DNA of 64,000 bases from the human T2T-CHM13v2.0 reference genome, Homo sapiens. The DNA is taken from the NCBI RefSeq assembly GCF_009914755.1, contig NC_060936.1; one strand, written 5' to 3'. The position numbers and the translations under genes were made by a program. The notes under the pieces are model-generated. The model ran no database searches. It saw nothing but the letters and a program-made list of their open reading frames with translations, and had not been told where the DNA came from. Within the stretch, counting starts at the first letter, position 1; every line of letters starts with the position of its first letter. Positions 1-15,879 of the stretch are shown here, piece after piece.

Positions 1-1558
1 TGTTTGCCAGATTTGTCTAGCCACTTCATTATTGTCTACTTGTAAAATTCAGCATGGTGCTTTGAAAAGAGGTACAGTATTTATGTATTTATTTTTAGAT
101 TAGTTTATGTTCCAATAACTTTTCAACATATTCCTATCTCTTCTTTTTCATGCTAGTTTCATGTACATGTAACACCTAATGTTAGATCCTCACACCTCTG
201 GGTATGTTCTAAACCCTCTCAGTGAACACAGGCTTGATAGGATGAGAGGATGGCCCTTTTGAAGGACCAAAACCTTAAAAATGACATTAGTCTCTACAGA
301 AACAAAAGGCCTCTTAGTAAAAGTTGAGGATGCAAATTTACAGCAAAAGTCTCCTTCAAGTTAGATTTACTTTGGTAATATTCAGATTTGGGGTTTTTAA
401 CACCTGTTTTAGAATCTGAAATGTGAGGAGTAGGATGTGTCTTGTTTTTTTCCTTTTATCTTTCTTTTTTGTGATAAAATACACATAACGTAAAATTTAC
501 TGTTTTAGCCATATCCTTTTATTAAGTGCTGTTTTTCTCGAATTTTCTGTACTATTAAAAAAATCTTTATCTAAAAAAACTTTATCTAAATGAAAAACAC
601 AGCCTATTCTTTAATTCAGTTAGGTCCCAGGAGATGCTCCTATAAAGACCAATTTTCCTTTCCTTGTGATCTGGTGAGACCTGCAGAATCGTATAGAGGA
701 TTTCAGCTGCAATCTTTGTATTGTGAACTGGGCCAACAAATTGCTCCATGCTCCAAACAGATGTTTCCCTTTTAGGTTATTGCACCACTAGTGGACTGTT
801 TTCCTTCCCTAGAGGAAATATCAGTGTGGTCGTAAACGAGAAAGCTTCTTCTGAGCATCCGAGAACAGGAGTGGCAGCAGCAGTAGCAGGGAGTGAACGT
901 GGAAAAGTGGAGATATATGTTTTCATGAATTTGCAACCCATCCCGCATTTTAATTTTCCTCTTTTTTATGCCATTTCTTATTTCAGAGGTCACTTGATAT
1001 ATTATGAGCGTGAATATTTTTATTTTTATCTTTAAAAATACTTTTTTGCTGATTTATTTAACATGTTTAGTACAACACAGCTTGAGACAAGGGCCAGAAG
1101 CCTCCCCGATTTACAGCATAGCATATTTTGAAGAGTCCCTCCTAATCTGTGCTAGAAGACAGACATTTTAGATTCTCATTCTTAAAAAGTTAGACTTTTC
1201 ATGACAGCGAAAGAGGTACTTACTAAGAGAATATTATTCTCTGAAAAAGAACAAAGATCTGCATTGAAAGAGTAAAATGTCAAAAAAAAATCTTATATTT
1301 CCTTTGTAGTGTTTTGCTTTCCATGAAAAATGATTAAACGAGTCCTCTTTCTGTAGAAAATAAGCCACAGCCTAATACAAATGTGAGTTCCTATTTGCAG
1401 ATGGTGGTATTATTTTTATGGCATGTGCGATCACAGTTGCAGGCACATTTTATTTTCTTCCAAGCATGATGTTGCCATACCTATGCCTTGAAAACATAAA
1501 GTCTCTATCTTTACTGACTGAGCTGACTACCATGAAAACTTGACATGCCAGTGTGAAT

Positions 1559-1586
1559 GGGGAGGGGGGTGTGAAGGGGAGGAGGG
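1559..1586 (+). other. Potential G-quadruplex
   Basis: ggggaggggggtgtgaaggggaggaggg: four runs of >=3 G with loops of 1-6 nt. Confidence 0.5.
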
Positions 1587-1950
1587 CAAAATGTGGGAAA
1601 CGGAAAGGCATTTTACCAAAATTTACCAAAATATGACCATGAGTACATTCTTTTTTAAAGCATCATTTATGTCTCCTTCAGAAAACTGTCCCAAGACTGA
1701 AAAATCAAAGAATTTTATTATATTATCTTTTATAATATAAATTTTACTTTAATAAAATTTAATAATCTATTTAAATATTATTTTTTATAATATAAATTTT
1801 ATTTAGTTTTGTTTTTTGGCCAACTGAAGGAAAGTTTACAAATTTTTCATTCAATTTGTGCTAATTTTTTGGAATGCCACCAATATTCAAGACTCTAGAT
1901 TTACTTACAGGCCTACCTGGTGACTGAAAACCCAGTTCAAATTGTTAGTG

Positions 1951-2182
1951 CAGCCTGGGCAACATGGCAAAACCGTGTCTTTACAAAAAAAAGGCAAAAA
2001 AAAAAAAAAGCAAAAATTAGCCAAATGCGATGGTGCATGCCTGTAGCTCCAGCTACTTGGGGATCCTGAGGTGGGCAGAACCATGAGCCTGGGAGATTGA
2101 GGCTGCAGTGAGTTGAGATCACGCCATTGCACTCCAGCCTGGGCAACAGAGTGAGGCCATGTCTCAAAAAAAAAAAAAAAAA
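1951..2182 (+). mobile_element. 5'-truncated Alu (AluJ-like)
   Basis: Starts mid left arm (cagcctgggcaacatggcaaaacc), A-rich linker, right arm with gaggctgcagtgag, poly-A tail. Confidence 0.9.
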
Positions 2183-2604
2183 GTTAGTGAACAAAAATGA
2201 ATCAGAAATTCAATAACTCAGAATTATATTCTTCTTTTTTTTTTGTCTATTTTTTTTTTCATTAAAAAACCGAAGCATGGTTTTTAGAGGAAGGAAGGGA
2301 GTCAGATACAATAAAACATTTTAGATCTTATTTGGGAGGGAGAAAGAGTGAGGTTTCTGAAACTGTAATTTTTCTGTGCAATGAACAGTCTAAAAGGATG
2401 ATGGTATGATTAAAAGGATGAAATTCTTTATGTATTAGACTTGCCTTATCCTTATGTTTTCTAAAATTGCTATCATCTCTTTTTAAATCTACTAATGGAT
2501 ATAGGATATACAGAAAATTGATTCAAGTTTAAAATGATAGACTAGAAATGAGCCAGAAAAGAGAGGTGGGTTGTTGGAATCAGATGGGTGATTCAGAACT
2601 CTAT

Positions 2605-3360
2605 TAATCAATCAGTCTGTCAATCAATTATTTAATTGATTAATACATACATTAAGCAAAATTTACATTGTCTCCTATGAGTCTGGTGTGATGCTGGACA
2701 TACAAGGTGAACAGGTGTGATTGTTGTCTTCAAGTACGTAATATGTACAAGGCCCACATTAAACCATTTATGGATGTTTTCTCCTCCAAGCCTCAATACC
2801 ATATCATGAAGAAAGGATTATTGAGCCATTTCATAAATAAGGAGCTTGAGCTTAGCTCAAGTTAGAGCAGGTAATAGGGAGCTAAGCTAGATTTTTACTA
2901 CAGTCTAGCTGTCTTTAAAACCTCAGGTTCGTTTTACACCTCATTTGTTTCATTATCTAAAGAAGTGAATTACTAAGCCTTATTGATAAGATGCCTTCAG
3001 AGAGGCAGCATAATGTCATGGTTAACCTAACATGCACAGGCTCCAAGTTTGGCTTACTGGGTCAAATTCATGCTTTTCTATTTTAGGGCTGTGACCAAGT
3101 TATTGAACTTTGTATTCCTCTCTTTCCTGTTCAGTAGAATGGGAGTGTTAATAATGTCTACTTCTGTGAATGGGAATAATAATTGAACAAGGAGTAAACA
3201 AGTTAATAGTTAAGAACACATATTTTGGAGTTAGATGCTGGAGTTTTCATTTCAAGCTCTATCACCAATTAGCTAGGTGACCACAAAAGTCACTTTAATC
3301 TCTAAGTATTAATGTGTCAGTATATTGCTAGGCATATAGTGCTGCAAGTGTAAGTTATTT
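2605..3360. mobile_element. Cluster of ancient L2 and MIR fragments
   Basis: L2-like 3' end at ~2605-2740 followed by MIR-core-like segments (e.g. ggcagcataatg...gtcaaattc...gtgaccaagttattgaac). Boundaries approximate. Confidence 0.55.
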
Positions 3361-3376
3361 TACAGATGTATATAGA

Positions 3377-3723
3377 TGCTGTGGTTTGAATGGTCCCCAA
3401 ATTCAAGTGTTGAAACTCAATCCTTATTGAAAGGTGGGGCCTTTTGGGAAGTGATTAATGGACGAGTGCCTTATAAAAAACCTGGAGGGGACTAGCTTAG
3501 GCCGTTTTTGCTCTTCTGCTCTTCTGCTATGTGAGGGCACAGTGTTTGTCCTTCCATTTTTCTACCTTGTGAGGACACAGCAAGAATGCCCCCACCGGAC
3601 ACCAATGCTGGCACCTTGATCTTGAACTTCCCAGCCTCCAGAACTGTAAAAAATAAGATTCTGTTATGTATAAATTACCCAGTCTGTGGTATTTTGTCAT
3701 GGTGGCACAAATGGACTAAGACA
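3377..3723 (+). mobile_element. MaLR solo LTR (MST/MLT1A-type)
   Basis: Begins tgctgtggtttgaatg, ends atggactaagaca; near-identical 5-bp TSD ataga/atata. Confidence 0.85.
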
Positions 3724-3750
3724 ATATATAATTTTAAAAATATTATTCTT

Positions 3751-4306
<556 letters not shown>

Positions 4307-5069
4307 AAGAATGTTATTCTTCAATTTATTTTTAATCTTATTGTAGAACACCCATTTTTTCAGTTTAGGACTTTTTTTTTTTCATTTTAGGATAGAGATT
4401 AAGATTAACCTTTTGTTTTAACAGTCTCCTATTTTTTCTATATTTGTGCTCTGATTTCTATTATCATACTACTATTCTAGGTTGAACTTTTTAATCAACT
4501 CTTGCATAAACTGTTGAAATAGGCTGGTCTCCTGCCTTGAGTTTTTCTTCCCCTGAATCTATCCAGTATACTACTGCCAAATTAGTCTTTTCAAACACCA
4601 CTTTCATCATTAATAAGCTAAACAGAACTACTCACATGAGTCATGCTTTCCCATATCATGAACTTACTTCTCCTTTTACCACTTCTTTTAATTTCTTTGA
4701 ATCTCTACCTCTGTGATTGTAGAGAAAAACTCTCATTTTTGTATTATACTCATGGAATATCTAGGAGTCAGAAGAGCAGTAAATGAGCTAGAGGCAAGAA
4801 CGAGAACTGCCTTTATTTAGTAAAACATTTCAAGAAATGATTTTGATTATAGAAAGACCTAAGAGCATGTCAAAGATGAGACCGAGAGATGGGTAGAGTT
4901 CAACATATATATAAAGATGTGGGAAAGGTTGGAGAAAAAATACTCAAAGTGGGGAGGAAGGGAAATTATAGGCAAGAAAAGGGCTAAGCAATATAATGAA
5001 TGTCTCAAGCTGTATAAGAGATGATGATAGAATTGGAGGAGAGAAAACAATAAAAGGCTTTTAAGAACA

Positions 5070-5271
5070 GGATTATGGATTATAGCTAATAACAATGTAT
5101 TGTATTCTTGAGAATTGCTAAAAGGTAGATTTTAAGTATTCTTACCATAAAAAATGCCAAGTATGTGAGGTAATACACATTGCATATGTTAATTATCTCA
5201 ATTTAGCCATTCTACAATGTATTCCACAATTTCAAAACAACATGCAATACATGATAAATATATACAACTTT
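5070..5271 (+). mobile_element. L1MA-type 3' UTR fragment
   Basis: aacaatgtattgtattcttgagaattgctaaaaggtagattttaagtattcttacc...tatgtgaggtaat, typical L1MA 3' end. Confidence 0.75.
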
Positions 5272-5331
5272 TGTGTGTGTGTGTGTGTGTGTGTGTGCTG
5301 TGTGTGTGTGTGTGTGTGTGTTGTGTGTGTG
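5272..5331. repeat. Imperfect (TG)n microsatellite
   Basis: About 30 TG units with interruptions, read directly. Confidence 0.95.
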
Positions 5332-5373
5332 GTGGGGACTGGGTTTCACCATGTTGGTGGCTTTCTCAGAATC

Positions 5374-5473
5374 TTTTATTTATTTATTTATTTTTATTAT
5401 ACTTTAAGTTTTAGGGTACATGTGCACAACGTGCAGGTTAGTTACGTATGTATACGTGTGCCATGTTGGTGTG
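5374..5473 (-). mobile_element. Very short young L1PA 3' end fragment
   Basis: ttattatactttaagttttagggtacatgtgcacaacgtgcaggttagttac...ccatgttggtgtg is the reverse complement of the L1PA 3' terminus. Confidence 0.9.
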
Positions 5474-5594
5474 GATTTAAAAATTTAAAGAAATTTAAAA
5501 AAAACTGCTCTCTGATATTGAAGTTACACTGTGTGCTATAGTGTAACCCTCACTATTATACCTTAAATATTTAGGAAATCTCTATTCTCCATTT

Positions 5595-6058
5595 TAACAA
5601 GTAAGGTCCTGGCAAGGGATAGTCACTCAAATTTGGTAACCAAGGAGAGTTTTAAAAGTGATTACATAAGAGATATCATCAGGATTTAGGAAAACAAAGA
5701 AGGGATAGTGCAGTTGCCTAGACCTAAAGGGGTATAGAAAAGAAGCACTAACTAGAAGGAACCCAGAGAGAGCCTCTCTCTTAGTTGGGAAGGCCATTCA
5801 CCTGATATTATAGGAGCTGTAGGTAGATAAACGCAGGCAATATGCAGCAGTCCACCAAGAAGGGAGCTGAAAAAATTAATTCCTTTATGTTTCTTTACCC
5901 CCCTACTCTGATCTTGCCAGCATCTTCCATTCACCAAATGGAAATCAGTGGGCACGGGAGACCATTGAGCAGAACATAACTTTCAGACTCCCAGGTTACA
6001 AGACAAAGTGGATAAAGTGGAGAGTGATTTGGAGATGCACACAGAAAACATCCAACAC
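5595..6058 (-). mobile_element. Ancient ERVL-type LTR (LTR33/LTR16-like)
   Basis: Termini resemble recalled LTR33-class consensus (gtcctggcaagg...cactcaaatttggtaac; gatttggagatgcacacagaaaacatccaacac); highly diverged. Confidence 0.5.
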
Positions 6059-6319
6059 GTACAAATTGTGTGAGTTATATTTGGGGAGATCAGAGAAAAG
6101 AAAGCATGTTCCACGTTTGGGTCAATACATGGTAGACAGAAGGAAGCAGCGTCAAGAATTAAGAAGCAAGACATTGAGAACTTGGCCAAAACTGGAATTA
6201 GAAATAAATAGGCACAATGTAAAAACCCCATCAGAGGAGGCTCACTAATTTTCCTCTTCAATTTGAGTGGGGATTTGATTCAATGTTATTGGAATCTCAA
6301 AAGGTAGAGTGAATCAACT

Positions 6320-6490
6320 ATAATATGGGTTATTTGCTTATTTGTATACATATCTTGCTTTCTCTACTGTGAATCTCCCTAAAGATAAGGGAGACTGCCC
6401 ACCTTTATTTCATCCCATACCCCCTAAGACAATGCCTTATAGATAGTGTGTGTTCCCAAATTATATGCTAAATGGATTAATAAATGAATG
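6320..6490 (+). mobile_element. L2 3' end
   Basis: L2-type tail ending tgctaaatggattaataaatgaatg. Confidence 0.6.
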
Positions 6491-7399
6491 CAATTTCCCT
6501 GCTCAGAAAACTTCCATGGCATCCTGAGATTGCCTTTCAATACCCCTAATAGTATTGCTTCAGTTCACCTTTTCAGGTACAATGCTATTTTGCTCTAGGT
6601 ATTTGATTAGTTATTTTATTTTTTTTCAATTTTTGGAAGAGATGGGTATCGCATATATTGCCCAGGCTGGTCTCAAGCTGGGCAATATATATCCCTTTTA
6701 TCCCCTAATGAATTTCTACCTAACACTACAATTATAATTTTCATCAGTACAACTTACATTTTTTTCTGTTTGAATTCTCATTAAATTTTAATGTATATGA
6801 TTGTACTTTAATCAAGTTGTTTCCAAAATTCTGTTCTATCAATGTATATTTGAGCATCTAACTTTAATATTAACTTCCTGGAGGCTTTTATACTTTCACA
6901 TGTAAGAAAAAACTGAAACAAGCAGTAACTAATATTAGCTAGTAAATGTGGTTTGAAATGGCCAGAAAAGGTTAGGAAAATGGAGTCCTTTTATCATGTT
7001 ACATAATGCAAAGTCAAAAGAAACACCATGTTCCTCCTGAGATGGAAACCTCTTGTTAATTTTCATCACGTATACCTGATTTTGGCTAAGTCATAATACA
7101 CATTGAGTTAGACCAGAGCCTATTTTTCTTCTTTTTTTAAATTTATGCTTGTATTTCTACAGTTCATATTAGAAGGAAAAAAAACAGGAAATAGAAGTAG
7201 TGTGAGTCCTAAACAATCTAAAAGGAAATGGGAAAGCTACCCAATTCCATATTTCATAGTTTAGACAAAAGAAAACATTTTTTTAATATCTACTTAAGAA
7301 TATTTACACAGTTGATTTAAAGTTATATCAGTTTATGCCCTTTGTATGTTTTAGATAACATTGTTGAATTTCCTCTGACTTAACATGAGATGGACTTGC

Positions 7400-7595
7400 C
7401 TGAGTGCAGAGCTATGCAGGCAGGCACTCCCTCCTCCATCCCAGCAAAAGCCATTTATTAAGCAGCTGTTGTTATTAGTTTACAAAAGGTTTTTCAACAC
7501 TGTGTGCTTTGTGACTTCACCTTTCAGTTTGTTTTGAGGAAAGCCACATTCCTTAGATTCTCCTCTCTTAACTCTCATTAGGCCAACTGGTAAGT
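7400..7595 (+). promoter_or_regulatory. Candidate promoter/first exon (or 8-nt microexon 7582-7589) ending at a consensus 5' splice site
   Basis: Non-repeat segment with an AT-rich TATA/MEF2-like ccatttattaag, E-box cagctg, and perfect donor CTG|GTAAGT at 7589/7590, preceded by a pyrimidine tract and AG at 7580-7581. Confidence 0.4.
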
Positions 7596-8142
7596 TTAGA
7601 TGATGTCGTTTAGAAAAATTGGTCAAAACTAGAATATAAACATAACGTGCAATATTCCTGGCTACCTACAAAGCATATTTTGATACTGAATACAGAAAAT
7701 CTATGAAATCTGAAATAAAGGAGCTTTGTGCCAAGTCATGCTCTTTAGGCAGCGCTCTGCAAATCTCAGAAAAAGTAGAACCCCGAACAATTTTTGTGAC
7801 CTGAAATCGAAGTCAGCAAGGTTTCCCATTCAAGGTGGACAAGTAGCTACCTTTTCAACAATCATATATTTTTTGCAGTCAGACAGACTATTGCAGAGAA
7901 GCAATAGATCACCTGTCCCACCTATGGACTGGTGCCAGGAGGTGTCTGTTCCTTGAGCTCAAACATTCATGAATCAAATCTATTTATATCTTGCTTTATT
8001 AACACCCAACACTTTCAGCAAGGTGTGAAAATGGTGTGTGAGTCAAGACAAGTTGAAGAAAATAAACCAACATGTATACAATACCTGATACTTTACTGTT
8101 ACAGATCATGTGGACTTAAGTTAGTGTTATTAAAAATATTTA

Positions 8143-8448
<306 letters not shown>

Positions 8449-9535
8449 TTACACTCAAATGGGAAAGATACTTTCTAGTTCTCTCTGATAGGAAAAATAC
8501 ATACCATAGCATGTCTGTGGTGTACGTATAATTTTGAAGACTGTAAGTACAACTCATCAATTTGCAAATAATTATGTATTAAAAAATTATTTGTAAATCA
8601 ATTCTTTGAAGTGAAGGGTACATTCCCCTGTAGAAATAACATTATAAATGCTATGTACGTTGTCATGACAGTCTTCTAAACCCTATTTAACTCAAACTGT
8701 AGCTGCATAGAGCTTGAGTATGGTAAATAAACTACACTTACTTTATGAGAAAACAGATCCTAAGGCACAAAAGATTGAGGCATAATGTCTGCTCATAAAG
8801 TAGCCTGGCAAGAGAAATGGGACCTCTTATTTCTGTACCCCTTTCACCAACTCATCAAGGACACTGAGCCTGTTGGGGCTACAGTGATAATAGGGAAAGT
8901 ACAGAAGATGCATGACTAGAGGTCTCTGATCATGGCCAGGAGAAAAGTTCAGTAGTTTTCAAGGGGAAGTGATTTTCAGGTCAAAGCAACTGTCAAACTT
9001 AGTGAAATGGAGTTTCCCTGTGAAAATGCTAACTAGCCACTTGATATAATATCTTAGATGTGTAGGACCATATTACCTATGATATAGTATGGAAAAAATT
9101 TAAATTTTTTCTCTAAGTATTTTTCTGTTTATACCTTTTATTTTCATGCTTGCTTAGTACATAGAACAGGGGGCATGAAATAAAGGAAAACCAAACCAAA
9201 CAATACATTGAGCCACCACCATCCAGGAGGGCAATTGATGGGTAATGGGTAATATAGGGTATCATGTAGTCTCCGAGTTGGTCTATTGGAGGTCTCCTTT
9301 CCTCTCTAATGCAGCCCCCAGTCAGGAGATTTCTCTTCACATTGAAGGGAATAGAATATATCCATGCTTAGAACAGGGATGAACAGCAGGATGAATTCAT
9401 GCAAAATCCAAGGAGAACAGAATATTGATCATGGGGAACAAAGGGCCCCTATGTTAGGCAGCAGGGCTGTATCAGTGAACAAACTATAGAAAAGCAACTT
9501 CAAGGTAAAAATTAATAATATAAGAAAGCATAGAC

Positions 9536-9955
<420 letters not shown>

Positions 9956-11059
9956 TTAACTTTATGCATGTAACAGGGTAAAAGTTCCTCTTATAATAAT
10001 AAGGCTCTTGAAAGAAGGAAATATTACCGCAATAGAGACCAACAGAGGACAAGAATTGCACAGACACACGGAAGAGGATCACCAGCCTTGTATACAACAG
10101 AAATGCTTCTGAAATATTCCCTTAATTATTCTGGCTAAAGACTTCTACTGGTCCCTTATATGAGGATGACTGGAAAATGTGTTAGAACTCCCTTGGAGAT
10201 TGCAGTATGTACTTATGCTGAAGTTAATGAATTCCAGGCTCTCAACCACTCTACTAATCCTTCCTTCATAATGCCCAGAAGTACAGAATCTAATGAAATT
10301 GATATTTGAACTAGGCTGCTTCTATGTGTCTATTATGGTAGGATTTTGAGACCCAGAATAGGAAAAGCCATGTATGTGGAACTCAAATAGAATTTTGTTT
10401 GAACAAAGTTTATTTCTGACTGTCTATATTACATGGTACAGTTGTTTCATCACTTTCAGAGCTGTTTTATTATTCACTCTTGATTCTTACTAAAATACAA
10501 TACTAGCCAGATCCATTTGTGGGTTCACAATAAACTTGTTTTTTTATTGCAAATTTGAAGTTGTGACTACCCCCTTTTCTACTTGAGTTTTTATAGCTAC
10601 TATTACCCAAATAATTCAACTATACCTCAGCTTTTCTTAATTTGCTTGGACAGTATAAGAAGACAACTGAGGTCTGAGTAATACAAGTTAACAAATAGTA
10701 CTTGTTAACTACACAGCTGGATGTCTCTAGATACTGTTGATTATATAAAATTATGGAAGTATAAAGTGGTGGAGATCTTAGAACAAAAGCTTGTGCAACT
10801 TCTCACTAAATGAAGGAATCCTCTTGTAGGATCTCCACTTGACCTCCTCCCTTCTGTCTGGATAGTTTCTGGGACACTGATGTCCCATGATGAGATGGTT
10901 TTACTAGGGCGGGCTCTTTGTGTGTTCACCTAAGGTACTTTCTGTACTTTCTCACTGTGGTCTTTGGTTAGTGTCTTGCAAACTCAGAATGAGCTTTTCA
11001 TAAAATAAGCCATCACATATTTGTAGATAATTAGTGAAATTATTATTTTCTCCTTTAGG

Positions 11060-13040
<1,981 letters not shown>

Positions 13041-13049
13041 CTCTTCTCC

Positions 13050-13402
13050 TTAGAGGTCAACTGACTTCTTTGCTCCTGAGGCATCCACTTCAGTTGGGCA
13101 GTGGCTCCTGCAAGGAAGTGTGGGTCCCAGCTCTGTGGTGGCCCCTTTCTTCAGGTGACTAAGGCACCAACACCAGACAGACAACAGCCCCTCTTCAGAG
13201 GCCTCGGTCTCAGTTCTGCAAGGCCCCTCTTCCAAGCTTCTGAGTTTTACTAACCTCCTCTTGTTTCCTCAGATTTAGGGAGTGGTATCTGTCTGCTGCA
13301 GTTTCTACTTCCATAATACCTTACAATCCTTTCTGTCACATCCCCTCTGTTAATATAACTGGCCGACTTCAATTTTCTGAGTGGTACATGCACTACTGAT
13401 AT
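13050..13402 (+). mobile_element. Ancient ERVL-type LTR fragment
   Basis: GC-richer block whose end resembles an LTR33/LTR16-class 3' terminus (cccctctgttaatataactgg...actgatat). Confidence 0.4.
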
Positions 13403-14064
13403 CAACATGAATTCACTCTTTCTTCTTTCTTTATCTCTAAGTCACATTCAAATGAAAAGTAGAAATGAACACATCATCCAACTACCATGAGCGACCAGCT
13501 TTGTATCTAGAACATTTAAGTCACCAGAGATATCTTCCAGAATTTTTTTTATTCTAAAATTTATTCTTAAGTATGTCAACAAAAAAGAGAAGGATCACTG
13601 CGATCAGTAGATTTTGCAAATTTTTTAAAGCAGTTTCTATTCTTTCTCTTGTCTCAGTGTTGTTGTCACCAAACTCATTACTCTGGCTTTTATTCTATGA
13701 CTCCCTTGAAATAGTTTTCTTCTGAATTCCCTGCATTATTTCTTTATTACTGTCAAGGACAACTTGTTATTCTTAAGATGCTACAAGGAAAAGTTATGTT
13801 TCCTTAATTTTTACACCAGTTTGTCAAGCGGTGATAGCAATATGCACTCTTATATGACTGGAGATCAGCTCAGGAGGAAGTCTAATATGAGACAATCTGC
13901 GGGTTATTGGAACCATTCATAAAGTGTGCAAATTTTCTAACCTTCTCTGGACGATTGATATTTTAAAATGTTTTCTCACCACTCACACTTACAAAACTGT
14001 CTTTATGTGTGCCACAATCAATATTTGTCCACAGTATGACCGTGAAAATAACCCTAGACTGGGG

Positions 14065-15406
14065 CAATAGTTCCCAAACATTTTTGTTTCAGGAACTCTT
14101 TATACTCCTAAAAATTACGGAGGATCCCAAAAGTGTTTTTCTATGTGGGTTATATCTATACATATTTATTGAGTTGGAAGTCAAACTTGAGAATTTAAAC
14201 AATATTTTAGTTTATTTAAAACTAACACATATCGTAAATTACACCCTTTTATGAAAACTGTGTGTTATTTCTGCTTCTTGCAGATCTCTTTAATGTCTGG
14301 CTTTAATAGAAGACAGCTGATTCCCTTACAGCTGCTCTGCATCCAATCTTTTGTAACATGTTGTTTTGGTGGAAGGAAATGAAGATTCCAGCCTCACACT
14401 GATATCTAATTTGATAACAGAAGAATCTTTTAGTAACATTTTCAGGTAGTTGTGAGTAGTCTCTTTTGATATTATACAAAAATTCAAGTGATCGTTTCTT
14501 AAAGTTCAGTTGCGATGTGAGATCTGAAAGCTTGTTAATGAACTTTATCTACTCTGTACATTACAATCTGCTGGTCTCTTGTACTTTTACCCATCCTTGG
14601 TTTTGTAACATGATATATTATTCACTTGGAAACTCTTGATTTGTTGAGTTAATACAGTCCTCCTAAATGTAGACATATTTTATTATATGTTATTAAAAAC
14701 AGTTTTCATTAAAATAGCCATTGAGCTCATTTAAAAAGTCTTTAAGTATTGAGAAGTAATCAGACTCACAGTGGCAAATAGCAGTTTTCCAAAATTCTAA
14801 TTTTTGCTTGAAAACTTGCATTTTATTATTGGCAATAAGCCTGTCAATTGTTTTTCTTGAAGTAACTGGCTTTTTTCATTTTGAAGGCATTATCAGCCAA
14901 ATGGACAAATCTGCACAATGATAGTTTATCTGCATTCTTTGAAGTAAAAATCGTGTTCCTGAAAAAAAGCCCTGGTTCTGTTTGCAACTCAAAATATTGC
15001 ACATATCCTATTACTTGAGAAAACCATCGTACTTTGTTATACAGCAGAAATGCTTTACGTGGGCCACATTACATCACATAGAATGTTTAAAAGATGTAGA
15101 CTAATGGACCAAGATTTAATAAAATTGGTAATTTTTACTGTTTCATGAAGGAAATTCTAAATTGAAACTTTTTTTTTTTTTTTAGATTGAGAGTGTATAG
15201 AGAAGTTGTTGGGTGCCATGGCCTTATGTAGGGCTAAGGCACAAATAGCTTTGCTCACCTTTGCTTTTGCACCAACAGTGCAAATGTGAACACAAAGAAG
15301 TAAAGAACACTTTAGTATAATAATAAAAACACTGTTGATCTTTCTAACTCCTGAAAAGTTCTCTGGGACCCCTATGGGTCCATAGAATACATTTTCAAGA
15401 CTGCTG
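14065..15406. mobile_element. hAT-Charlie DNA transposon (Charlie1a-like), non-autonomous and decayed
   Basis: TIR-like ends caatagttcccaaac... and ...ttttcaagactgctg; internal decayed transposase sequence (aaagtctttaagtattgagaag...gttttccaaaattctaatttttgcttgaaa) matching recalled Charlie1. Confidence 0.8.
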
Positions 15407-15879
15407 CCCTAGAGCAATATTTTGATTTCACTCACAATTCAGAAACTCTTAGAGGTAAAATACTAATTCATATCTGTTGGTTTTAAAAGCACATGCTTTT
15501 TTTTTCTATTTTCAATAATCAGTTTAACCAATATGAATTTTTTTATTTTTAGTAAGAGTGTTACTTAATGCCATATCTCATGGCTCAAATGGTAGTAAAT
15601 GACCAAAACAGCATAGGAGAAAGTAGCAAATGTACGTTTAGTCTCATCATAAGGAAAGAATAGTGCTAGAAAAATAAATGGTCTTTTTCTATATCATCTG
15701 TTGTAAGGACACTTTGCATGGAAAATTGGAAAGACTTTTATGTATGTTTATTCTCATCATGTTTGCCATTTTACCATTTAGCTACTCCACTTGTAAATTT
15801 TTATTACTAAAATTGTCTAATCTCATTAAAATGAGTTTATACCAGTAAATGGTGGTGCTTTTGAGTCTAAACAAAAATA

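Noticed and set aside
9113-9480. GC-richer segment with a 75-aa minus-strand ORF
   Set aside because: No recognisable homology or convincing splice sites; possibly an old repeat that I could not assign.
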